A DNA stretch of 64,000 nucleotides from an uncultured Acidobacteriota bacterium (GTDB lineage: Bacteria > Acidobacteriota > Terriglobia > UBA7540): positions 104,283 through 168,282 of the forward strand of contig CAVQYM010000014.1 of the NCBI GenBank assembly GCA_963718175.1. Reading direction: 5' to 3'. The notes under the pieces were generated by a model that was not told the DNA's origin, did not search any database, and saw only the letters and a list, made by a program, of their open reading frames with translations. Every line of letters starts with the position of its first letter. Position 1 is the stretch's first letter. Shown here piece by piece: positions 36,184 through 45,401 of this stretch. The position numbers and the translations under genes are program-made.

Positions 36184-38002
36184 TCACACAGCGGCCGGAC
36201 GCCGCCCTTGACGATTGATCTGGGAAAGGGTGGCAACCAGGACCGCCACCAATCCGCTGATGATCATTCCCCAAGTTTCATCGGGGGTGTTTTTGAAAAC
36301 AAGCTGCACGCGATTATGACCTGAAGGTACCCGGACCACGATGGCGTCGTGGGCATCCCGCTCGACCTCTTCGACCTCGGTTCCGTTCACCCACACATGC
36401 CAGCCTGGATAATAGAAGAGTCGAACGCGCACCCGGGCAGGTTGCGGGCTATCCACGGTGAAGATGCGGGACTCCGTCTGCCAGGACTGGACCGCAAACT
36501 TCGTAAGGTTCGCGGATTCAGCGGGCGCGCCCTGACTCGGCAGTGATGGCCGATCCTGCCCATTCCAATCGAGCACGGCGAAACGCGGCGAAGGCAGCCA
36601 GGTGGGCAGTGGACCTTCTTCCGGGAATGCTCCCGCGGCTCGGGGAATGTAGTCCTCGTCGTCGTATACGACGCCGGATTGAAAAGGCGCGGTGAACTCA
36701 TTCCAATCGAGCGCACGCTTTCGGACGGCGGAGCAGGAAAGGATGAGTAAAAGGGAGTATGTGCACGCAGCCACCGGCAGCCACGGGCGCGCTCTCGCTT
36801 TGACTCAGGGCCGCCGCAATGAAAAAGGCCACCGCAAGATTCAGCGGAAAGAGCCAACGCCACGGATACTGAACATAGGAAAGGAATGGTGCATATTTCC
36901 AGACGATGAAACTGATAGGTACGCACATGAACGTTGAAACCGCCAGGATAATGGTGAGTGCGATGAAGATTTCGCGCCGCTGCGCGGGGAACTTCCTGGC
37001 CTGGAACCACGCCAGCCCACCGAAAGCAACTTGCCATAAGAATCCGGTAGTCAATAGAGCCTCATTCTTGAACGCCCAAATTGAGAGGTTGTTTAGTAGG
37101 AAGTCGCCGGAGAGACTCGCGAGGCGCAAGTTACCGACGTTGATCAAGGGTTGCTGGTACCACGCGGGTAACATATAAAAAGCCGCCAATCCAGCTCCCA
37201 ATATCTCTGCCAGAAGGAACACTGCTAGAAGCGACTTAGACCTTCGCATCCACGCCAGCGTCGCGATAACGATGGCTGCGCAATAGCTGGCGATCACCCC
37301 AGCCGGAGGGTTCGCGAGCCAAAGCAGAGCGATCAAGAGGGCCAGCACGGGCAAGCTGCGCTTCCGCTTCCCATCCAGGCGATAGACCGCCAGGATAAAC
37401 CAGGGGAATAGCGCCGCCGCCAGGAACTCCCCCAAAGCACTGCGCATATACAACACGAAGAGGTTATAAGGATTGATAACATAAACGAATGCGGCCACCA
37501 GGGAGGAACGATCATCAAAGAACTCCCGGCATAGGTGGAAGAATCCGAATCCGCCTAGCACGAGTCCCAGCCAGGCATAGGTCCCCAGGGCCAATCGCGA
37601 GGGCAGGCAGGCCAGCAGGGCGCCTCCCAGAATTCTGTCCATGGGGGGATAGAAGATCATCGTCGGGTTCCCGTAGCCATACATCGACTGGGCTGCCCAC
37701 CGGGCATACGCGATCCCCTCGTGCCACTGTCGGGCTACTTCGAACCAGAATCCCACGTGAAAAGTAACGTCCTCGCCGGGGTAATACCCAACCGAGAAGA
37801 AGGAGGCTATGACCGCGGTCGCAGTCAGCGCCAGGAGGACGCAAACCTTCACACGAGGAACCGAATTGAACACTCCTGACTCCTTTTCGACTTCACCAAG
37901 GGCACGACAACAGGTTCCGTCCCAGACAGCACCTGGAATTACAAGATTATCAGAGTTGCCCAGCGATACGTGTCGGCTGAGGCAGCTCAGATGACCCGCC
38001 AT
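36184..38002 (-). pseudogene. YfhO/PTPS-related-like GT-C membrane protein split by a frameshift
   Basis: ORF 36698-38359 (membrane domain) and ORF 36184-36774 overlap in different frames. The second ORF has a final TM segment plus a periplasmic domain with RLFYYPGWHVWVNG, typical of YfhO-type C-termini. The downstream frame is open only from 36803. The N-terminal start is uncertain: ATG 38002 is the candidate, and the longer ORF to 38359 overlaps the divergent gene. Confidence 0.6.
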
Positions 38003-38165
38003 TTGGCCGTGGTTCCCTTGGGCAGAGCCGCCCGATTGGGAACGGCTGCCTGTGCTAGAATACGCTTTATCAGCCATCGGTGGCTTGGCGATTCTCAAGG
38101 AGTTTCGATTCGCGGTGCTATCGCCTGGGAAATTGTAATCTGACACGGGAATTCTTGCACCTTTC

Positions 38166-39323
38166 ATGATCTCTGAGCAGAAGCCCTCACTCCAGTTGAC
38201 CCCCGCCCGCGAACGCAAAGTCGTGACGGCATTGGCTCCCCACGAACCTTCAGAGTCGGAAGTTCTCTTGATGCTCGCCATGATGTTTGCCGTGCACCTT
38301 TGGACGGTGTGCCGGGTGAGCAACTTCTGGGAGTTAGTGGTTTCGCGGACGGACGACATGGACTACGTGGAGGTCGCCCAGATCATCCGGAACTGGCATT
38401 TTTCGGGCGGGCCGGTGCCCGCGAACTTCTGGGGTTTTCCTTACGCAATCGCGGGCTTTTCAAAACTCTTCGCGGTGCCGGAATTAATGGCCGCCGCCCT
38501 GATTTCCGTGCTGTGCTCGCTGACTGTATGTGTTCTAGTGCATCGTTTATACGGGGGCTGGGTTGCCGCTTCCTTTATCTTCCTTAACTATGGGTGGATT
38601 CAGCTCTCCGTGGAGGGAGGTAGCGAGCCGCTGTTCATGTGCTTGTTGTATGCTTCGTTCCTGGCGGCTCGATTGGACCGGTGGAGCTTCGCCGCATTAC
38701 TGGCGTCGCTCAGCACAACGGTCCGTCCTCTGGGAGTGTTCGCCCTGCTGGGATTTGCGATTGTCCTTGCCCTACGAAGGAGCTACCGGCAACTGGCCGT
38801 CATCACGCTGATCGGCCTTGCCATCGGAGTGCTCTACGTCATGCCTCTTGGGGTGCTCTATGGCAACCCCTTCGCTAACCTTCTCTACCGAGGGGACTGG
38901 GGGCCTCACGGGTGGCCAATCACTTATCCATTCGGCGCCTTGATATCCAGTTTCCGCATGACCCTCCATACCGATACCCGATGGTATACGTTCGTTTACT
39001 CCGCAGTTTGGCCGATCCTGGCGTTGGTTGCGATCATCGTGGCGTGGCTTCCTCGTCGCCGCAAGTTGTTATGGGCAAATTACCAGGCCGAGGTTCTGTT
39101 TGCCACGACATACACTCTTTTCTTCCTGTCGTATAACTACATCGAGATTTTTTGGTTCATTTCCAGGTTCTTAATCCCGGTCCTGCCGTTGCTCGTCTTT
39201 TCAATGCGCGATTGGATACCGCACGACCGCCGAGTGCTCTGGGGGGCGGCCGTATTCTCCGCCTTGCTGTCGTCCGCAGATCTGGTGCACTTTAAAAATG
39301 TCTTTGGATTCAACTTGCCATAA
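38166..39323 (+). CDS. Multi-pass membrane protein, GT-C-like candidate (paralog family A)
   Basis: 385-aa hydrophobic ORF, roughly 60% identical by eye to 20563-21753 over most of its length. Confidence 0.7.
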   Translation: MISEQKPSLQLTPARERKVVTALAPHEPSESEVLLMLAMMFAVHLWTVCRVSNFWELVVSRTDDMDYVEVAQIIRNWHFSGGPVPANFWGFPYAIAGFSKLFAVPELMAAALISVLCSLTVCVLVHRLYGGWVAASFIFLNYGWIQLSVEGGSEPLFMCLLYASFLAARLDRWSFAALLASLSTTVRPLGVFALLGFAIVLALRRSYRQLAVITLIGLAIGVLYVMPLGVLYGNPFANLLYRGDWGPHGWPITYPFGALISSFRMTLHTDTRWYTFVYSAVWPILALVAIIVAWLPRRRKLLWANYQAEVLFATTYTLFFLSYNYIEIFWFISRFLIPVLPLLVFSMRDWIPHDRRVLWGAAVFSALLSSADLVHFKNVFGFNLP

Positions 39324-39648
39324 GTCGACGAAAGCCCGCACTGGCACAACGCCCAGACGGAGACAATCTGAGGGTAACGAAACCTTTCCGGCAACCCAAC
39401 ACCCAGGCTCCAGTTTCGAGGGCATTGGGAGCACTCGGCTTGAAGAATCCTCAGCACATTCTCCGTAACTTGGCGGCGACCTGACCTAGAGGAGATGCAA
39501 ACTTTGCCAATGTCATTATGCCGTGGCACTTGGCTTCCCAGCATCGTCGCTCTTTTCGATTGATCCATTGGCTTTTCAGTTGCCCGGGAAATATCGTTTG
39601 AGGAAGGCTTCAGGGGTGCCGCACGTGCCGTTGTTTCGTAGAAATATT

Positions 39649-41274
39649 ATGAAGGACATGGGGCTGCTTTGGCAGCGGCTGGCAAGCGGATGTCTGCCAG
39701 TGCTGTTGCTCGGTACATTCGTTTTTCTCTACCTCAGCCTCTTCCGCCTGCCCTTCACTCCAGTTTTCGGAGATGGCGGCGAGAATCTCTTTCTGCTCAA
39801 CGCAACGCGCATGTTGGACGGGGAGATAATCTACCGGAATTTTTTCGAATTGACCGCCCCGGGGATCACGGTGTTTAACCTCGGTCTCTTCAAGTTGTTC
39901 GGTGCCCGTGCTTGGGTTTCTAACGTGTCGCTTATTGTTGTAGGACTCAGCCTGACATGTCTGATTGTAACCATCTCGCGCAAAGTTCTCACCGGGGGAG
40001 CCGCCTTTCTTCCGGGTATGCTGTTCCTCACGTTCTTATTTGGCCCCGTGCTCGACAATACTCATCAATGGTATTCTGCGCTCGCCGAACTGGGCGCCGT
40101 CGCGGTGATCATCGAGAAAAGAACTCGGGCGCGGCTTCTGGCGGCAGGGTCTCTCTGTGGTCTGGCGTCCTTCTTCACGCAAACTCAGGGAGTCTTTGCC
40201 CTTGTGGGCCTCGGTATCTTCCTATTGTGGGAGAGGCGCAAAGCCGGCGAGGGGTGGTGGGAGATTTCCAGGCGCTCTGGATATTTGTTCGTGTCATTTG
40301 TGGCGACGGTTATCGCTACTGACTCGTATTTTGTCTGGAAAGCTGGTCTGAACCGATTTCTGTATTGCGTTGTTGGGTTCGTTTTCAAGTATTACCGCTA
40401 TGCTCGTGCGCAGAACTCCCTTGCCGTCGCCGTGCTTGAAATCCCGCAAATGACCCAATGGGATCAATTGCCCGCTTTGGGGTTATATCTCTTTATTCAT
40501 GGGCTTTTGCCGCTGGTATATGTTCTGTTCTGGATGCGATATCGGCGGCAGGCACTGGAACCGGAACATGGCAACCGCCTCATGTTGTTGAACATCATGG
40601 GCTTGCTGCTCTTCGCAAGCATTGCGCCCTCGCCCTCCACATATAGAATGTGCGCCATTGCTCCATTAGGCCTGATCCTTTTGGTCTGGCTGATTCGCGG
40701 ACGAGACAGGCTGCTTCGGGTTCTGAGCTTTGTCCTTTGCGTCGTTGCCTTATTTGTCGCCATTGCTTCTCCCTTGCGAATTCAAATTCAGAAGATGCCG
40801 TGCTTGAGCCTCCCTCGCGGTCGTATGGCGCTGGACCTGATGAGTTACGAAAAGCTTCTTTGGCTGTCCAAGAATACCGTTCCCGGCGAATACTTGTTCG
40901 CTGCCGACGGTGTAGGAATTCTCTTTCCGCTGGCTCTTCGTAATCCTGCGGAGGTGCCGTTTGTTAAGACCAATGACTATACGCGTCCCGAGCACGTTCG
41001 CAACAGTATTGCGGCTTTGGAAAGGGAGCACGTGCGTTTTGTCTTATCTGACCCGGAATTAGACCTGGGGGGCAACTATCTTCTGAAGGGCGAGCCCCAT
41101 GAGCCACCGCGGGGTTACTTGCGCTCGTTCTTTCACATCATTAAAGCGTTTTTGTTGGGCGACTATCAATCGGGGCACGACAACCTAGGGCCGCTCCGCA
41201 ACTACCTGCATTCGTGCTATCACCTCGCCAAAACACTTCCTGACAATACTGAGGTTTGGGAAAGAAACAAATAG
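39649..41274 (+). CDS. GT-C-like membrane glycosyltransferase candidate (paralog family B, third copy)
   Basis: Same block order as 32948 and 34541 (GDGGENLFLLNATRMLDGEIIYRNFFELTAPG ... FFTQTQGVFA ... NYLHSCYHLAKTLPDNTEVWERN). ATG at 39649 preferred over the upstream start at 39523. Confidence 0.7.
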   Translation: MKDMGLLWQRLASGCLPVLLLGTFVFLYLSLFRLPFTPVFGDGGENLFLLNATRMLDGEIIYRNFFELTAPGITVFNLGLFKLFGARAWVSNVSLIVVGLSLTCLIVTISRKVLTGGAAFLPGMLFLTFLFGPVLDNTHQWYSALAELGAVAVIIEKRTRARLLAAGSLCGLASFFTQTQGVFALVGLGIFLLWERRKAGEGWWEISRRSGYLFVSFVATVIATDSYFVWKAGLNRFLYCVVGFVFKYYRYARAQNSLAVAVLEIPQMTQWDQLPALGLYLFIHGLLPLVYVLFWMRYRRQALEPEHGNRLMLLNIMGLLLFASIAPSPSTYRMCAIAPLGLILLVWLIRGRDRLLRVLSFVLCVVALFVAIASPLRIQIQKMPCLSLPRGRMALDLMSYEKLLWLSKNTVPGEYLFAADGVGILFPLALRNPAEVPFVKTNDYTRPEHVRNSIAALEREHVRFVLSDPELDLGGNYLLKGEPHEPPRGYLRSFFHIIKAFLLGDYQSGHDNLGPLRNYLHSCYHLAKTLPDNTEVWERNK

Positions 41275-41546
41275 TTCCTAGATCTCGCGGCAGAGCATAG
41301 AGTCACGTAATATGCAGACTCGGGTCGCGCGTAGATACCTATTCCGGGGACACCGCGCCCAGTTGATGGAACTGGCCCCATGCCCCAGGCTCTGCCAATC
41401 GGAATTCTCCAACACGTGGTCGGGCCCACCGGACAGCACGACGCGCACAGTATGCTCCCGAAGCAAGACGAGGCAGTTCACTACCGCCAGCAAGAATCAG
41501 AACAAGACAGCCGATGGTTCGTTGTGGAGCAGGGGGCATGGAGTGG

Positions 41547-43499
41547 CTAGACGCCCTGCCAAACCAACTTCGCAAGAGCTTCCACGAACGCCTTTGCAGC
41601 GGCATCCTCCAGGGAGTCTGTCGACTCCAGGGGTCCTCCCAGTGATTTCATGACATAGGAGTGAAAAAGCCCTCTGGACACAACGCGCGTTTTCTGTTGG
41701 AAGGATTTGCTCCGCTCGTCCCAGGCGAGCAGATAGATTTCTATGGGCCCATCCCGAGGCCCTGCCAATTCGGCGCCGACGATCCGTCGGGTCTTCTCCC
41801 ACCATTGGGCGCCAGGACAGCAAGACATATCAGGGTGTTCAATAATGCGCGCTCTGGAATAGAGATCGGTGGGGGCGAATGGCGTTTCCACAGCATAGGG
41901 CAGCATTTCGCCCCAGCCTGAGGCAATCAAATGGCTCTCCGCCGGCCAAAGCACGACCAAACTATCTTGGGGCACTTCCTTCAGGTTTGTAATTAATTGC
42001 CCCGCCATGGTTTCAGACATCTCTCCGGTGCGTGCCCACGCAGCATTCTCCCGCCACAACCCCAAGGCCGAAATGCCGACAAGAAACACCATGCCTGAGA
42101 ACCGCCCATATCCAACTCCCCTCGCAGCCGTACGAAAAGGTGGCATTGCTAGAAAAGCTGTGGCGATGCACGGTCCGACCGCCGGGAGGTACAAATGGTA
42201 TGGGGCATGCATAACTGCCAGAAGGGGGAGATTGGAAATCCCATACCATACTAGGCCAAAATAAAGAACAATGGCGAGGGACCTCCGGCATTCCGAGCGG
42301 CGCCTGAAAAGGGTGAGCGCCCAAATCCCCAGCAAACCCAAGATGAACCCGAGAGCTAAGGCTGGAAAAGGAAATAAGAACTCTCGAAGGTTAAAGGCCT
42401 GGAGATCCCAAACGTGTGTCAACAAATGGCTAAAATGAAGCCAGAACCCTGCCGGGGTTGACACCGCCTCGTGCACATTGCTGCCCCAGCTATTCTCATG
42501 AAGAAAACTGGTGAACACGTATCGTCGCAATTCTAGATAAGCCAGGAGCAACACGCCGAAAGGGGCATACACCAGAATGAGTCGCCGCCAAAGTTTCCTT
42601 TTCGCCGGACTGTCGCGGGAAGGATTCACATCCTCTCCCCCCACTATTCGGAAGAGATCGTAAGTAACGAGCATGATGGGCAGGGTGACGGCACCCTCTT
42701 TGCTCAATAGGGCCGCGGCGAACGCCACCATGGATATCATAAGATATCGCATCAAGCCAGAGGCGCGAAAACGCATAAAGCACAAGAAGGCAGAAAGGTA
42801 AAGTAAAGTAGGTAAAAACTCGGCTACGGAACCCACGATCATGGAAATGGTCTGAGAATGAACCGGCTGCACCGCATAGAGCAACCCAGCCAAGCCCGCT
42901 CGGCAGGAATCTCCATCGGCGAAGCTCTTTGCCACTAGGAAGACCAGGAAAGATACGATGATATGCAGGAGGAGACCACTGAGGTGGTATCCTAACGGGT
43001 GAAGGCCCCAAAGGCGAAAACCGATCATATAGAACACGCTATAGAATGGGCGAAGTTCTTGCCTGGGCTCACCCCAGAGAACCTCCGCGATATCCGCATG
43101 GAACAATTGCAAGAATTGATTCAGTGACAAATTACGAAAAACGTGGAGATAGCCAAAGTCATCATTCAAAAAGTAGGTCTGGAGCGCCGGTAGGCACGCA
43201 ACCAGGCCGACGAGCGAAATAATTACCATGGGCCTGAGATGCCCCGGCAACGGATTCCAGGAAGGCGTCGAAGCGGGGATAAATTTGATTTCCCAGTGCT
43301 CCAGGACCCACAGCAACGCACCAATGGCCAGGGCAATGAGGAGGACCCAGCCCTCGCCCTCCCTGAAGAGGAGGAAGGAAGCCGCAATTCCTAAGCTCGA
43401 CACAAAAAGCAGGAAGGCGCCCGCAACCCAGCGGTCAGACCAGTAAGAGCCTGCGCCCAAAGGCGCAAGTTCCCGTTCCTCCCCTTTACCCATTCCCAC
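41547..43499 (-). CDS. Large GT-C-like membrane protein with C-terminal soluble domain
   Basis: 650-aa ORF. The N-terminal ~450 aa is multi-helix with loop motif TYFLNDDFGYLHVF. The C-terminal ~190 aa is soluble. Confidence 0.65.
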   Translation of the reverse strand: MGMGKGEERELAPLGAGSYWSDRWVAGAFLLFVSSLGIAASFLLFREGEGWVLLIALAIGALLWVLEHWEIKFIPASTPSWNPLPGHLRPMVIISLVGLVACLPALQTYFLNDDFGYLHVFRNLSLNQFLQLFHADIAEVLWGEPRQELRPFYSVFYMIGFRLWGLHPLGYHLSGLLLHIIVSFLVFLVAKSFADGDSCRAGLAGLLYAVQPVHSQTISMIVGSVAEFLPTLLYLSAFLCFMRFRASGLMRYLMISMVAFAAALLSKEGAVTLPIMLVTYDLFRIVGGEDVNPSRDSPAKRKLWRRLILVYAPFGVLLLAYLELRRYVFTSFLHENSWGSNVHEAVSTPAGFWLHFSHLLTHVWDLQAFNLREFLFPFPALALGFILGLLGIWALTLFRRRSECRRSLAIVLYFGLVWYGISNLPLLAVMHAPYHLYLPAVGPCIATAFLAMPPFRTAARGVGYGRFSGMVFLVGISALGLWRENAAWARTGEMSETMAGQLITNLKEVPQDSLVVLWPAESHLIASGWGEMLPYAVETPFAPTDLYSRARIIEHPDMSCCPGAQWWEKTRRIVGAELAGPRDGPIEIYLLAWDERSKSFQQKTRVVSRGLFHSYVMKSLGGPLESTDSLEDAAAKAFVEALAKLVWQGV

Positions 43500-43522
43500 A
43501 TCCTTCTAGCATTGCAACCATC

Positions 43523-45193
43523 TTAGGGGACGCTCTGCTGGGGCCGCGGCCTATAGATGACGTAATAACCGTCTGCGACGTTTGCGTCGCCGAGTTGCTC
43601 GGTAAGCGCGTAATGTTTCTCGATGGCTCCAACCATTTCATCTGTCCAAAAGTCGTTATCCAGAGTTCTCATAATGATTACGCCAAACTTCTGGGAGGAG
43701 ATCATCTCCACAAAGTCGGACTGGTCCCACACACCCGTTCTGGCAATAAACCACAGCATCCCGGGCTCAATCGGAATCTCCTTGTGAGCCTTCATCGTGA
43801 GGACCATGTTTTCGCAAAGCACCGGGCCAGGTGTTTCTTCAACGATCTTCAAAGCCGCCGCAGTACTCGAAAACCTCACGTCTTGGATATGTCTTTCACC
43901 CGGCGTAAGACGAAACACGCTGTCGATGCGGCGGAGTGAATCCGTGAACCCCGTGACCGCCGTCAGGAAAAGCAACAGGAACACCGCAGTTCCCCCCAGT
44001 GTGTATTGAGAAGACGGCCGCCAGCCTCGCAACACTCGCACAAAGAGCAACCCCGCCAAAGGGCAGCAGGCAAGGTTCCACTCCAGAAAATAATGGTTGC
44101 CCGAGCCCACTTTCCCATAAGTAGCCGAGGTCATAAGTGCCAGGACAAGTTGCGTGCCGAGGATCAGCAGCCCTCTGCGGTAAGGGCTTGACTGCACGCC
44201 CGCCCTCAGCCATCGGAGGAAGGTGCGGGGCTTGCTTGAAATCCCGTGGTTAAGGTAGGGAAGTAGCGCCAGGCAGGCCATTGCGGCAAGCGGGATCATG
44301 CGGATGAAGTTCTCTTGCATGCCCAACATCAAGTGGGTGATCGAGAAGGGTTGTCGAGCATTATAAAGGAACAAATGACGCAAAACCTCTCCGTGGGTCT
44401 CCCACGCGAGACAGCCCAAAATTCCCAGGCCGAGCGCAACCGAGAACCCGAAGAGCCGCAAGGCCCTTCGCCATTGGATGAGAGCAGTCGCGGCGAGGCA
44501 CGCCAACGGAGCCGCAATCATCGTTTGCTTCGTGAACACTCCCAAGACGAATAATCCAAAGGCCGCATATTGGTACTGAGATTTCGCCATGTAGCGTAGG
44601 AACACGTAGACACCCAGAAAGGTGATCAGTACCGCCAGGAGGTCGACACCCATTTCCGGGATATAGTTGCTCAGGGTGTCCAAGCGAAAGCAAAGCAAAG
44701 CCGACAGCAATGCGCCGCTCCCTCGAATCCCCCTGGGGATGCGTTGTGGGGAAGCACGGAAGACCAGGAGGCCAAAGATCATGCTGATCCCGAGGGCGGA
44801 TAAAACGCAGACGAACCGCCCCCCTACCAAATAGTCGCCGGTAATCCAGGCGGCAATTCGTGCCACATAATGGAAAAGGGGTGGATAAGGATTCACAAAA
44901 TAGGGATACTGTTGGATCGGGTGATAGAAAACCCGAAGGTTGGTAACATGTGCGATCCCCCACCACACGGCCCCCTCGTCGTCATCCCATCCGAACGGAT
45001 AGAAGATTTTTTGGAATGACGTGAGAGTGAAGGTAACGCCACCCAGCAGGAGCAGGGAGAAAAGCGTCCAGAGATAGACTTGGCGCAGATGCTCGCCCAG
45101 AGTCGGCAGCACCGCTCTTCCTGTGGGTACCAACCCGTCCTGACGGCCCTCAGCTTTCCCCGTTGCTTGCCCAGAGGAGGAACTTAGTGGCAT
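43523..45193 (-). CDS. GT-C-like membrane glycosyltransferase candidate (paralog family C)
   Basis: First-loop motif FGWDDDEGAVWWG...YPYFVNPYPPLFHY followed by many helices. The C-terminal soluble domain resembles that of 18921-20483. Confidence 0.65.
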   Translation of the reverse strand: MPLSSSSGQATGKAEGRQDGLVPTGRAVLPTLGEHLRQVYLWTLFSLLLLGGVTFTLTSFQKIFYPFGWDDDEGAVWWGIAHVTNLRVFYHPIQQYPYFVNPYPPLFHYVARIAAWITGDYLVGGRFVCVLSALGISMIFGLLVFRASPQRIPRGIRGSGALLSALLCFRLDTLSNYIPEMGVDLLAVLITFLGVYVFLRYMAKSQYQYAAFGLFVLGVFTKQTMIAAPLACLAATALIQWRRALRLFGFSVALGLGILGCLAWETHGEVLRHLFLYNARQPFSITHLMLGMQENFIRMIPLAAMACLALLPYLNHGISSKPRTFLRWLRAGVQSSPYRRGLLILGTQLVLALMTSATYGKVGSGNHYFLEWNLACCPLAGLLFVRVLRGWRPSSQYTLGGTAVFLLLFLTAVTGFTDSLRRIDSVFRLTPGERHIQDVRFSSTAAALKIVEETPGPVLCENMVLTMKAHKEIPIEPGMLWFIARTGVWDQSDFVEMISSQKFGVIIMRTLDNDFWTDEMVGAIEKHYALTEQLGDANVADGYYVIYRPRPQQSVP

Positions 45194-45303
45194 ATCTGTG
45201 CCCGTGACACTTCCGCTCCCGCCATGGTGGGCAGGAGGATCGAATCGAGGCGCGGCTCAAGATATCATAATGGTCACTGATGTTTATAGAATGCAAGGGC
45301 AAC

Positions 45304-45392
45304 GGTAGTGTCCTAATTTGAACGTAGCGCCGCCATCTTGGCGGCTCAATGCCGGCTGGAAGCCGGCGCTACATCGAAATTAGGACACTACC
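45304..45392. mobile_element. 89-bp MITE-like element with 16-bp perfect terminal inverted repeats and 8-bp target-site duplication
   Basis: TIRs GGTAGTGTCCTAATTT (45304-45319) and AAATTAGGACACTACC (45377-45392). Flanked by direct AGGGCAAC at 45296-45303 and 45393-45400. The interior holds two GC hairpins with GTAGCG/CGCTAC ends. Confidence 0.7.
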
Positions 45393-45401
45393 AGGGCAAC
45401 G

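Noticed and set aside
36698-36806. Programmed ribosomal frameshift in the YfhO-like gene.
   Set aside because: No slippery heptamer or obvious downstream stimulatory structure was seen. A mutation or sequencing indel in the GC-repeat run is the simpler explanation, so it is reported as a frameshift or pseudogene candidate instead.
38165-38168. Head-to-head overlapping start codons (CATG) of the 36698-38359 minus ORF and the 38166 plus gene.
   Set aside because: The overlap uses an internal Met (M65, start codon at 38165-38167) of the maximal minus-strand ORF. Its first ~120 codons are non-hydrophobic, lack an RBS and overlap the divergent gene. The real start is probably downstream, for example at 38002.
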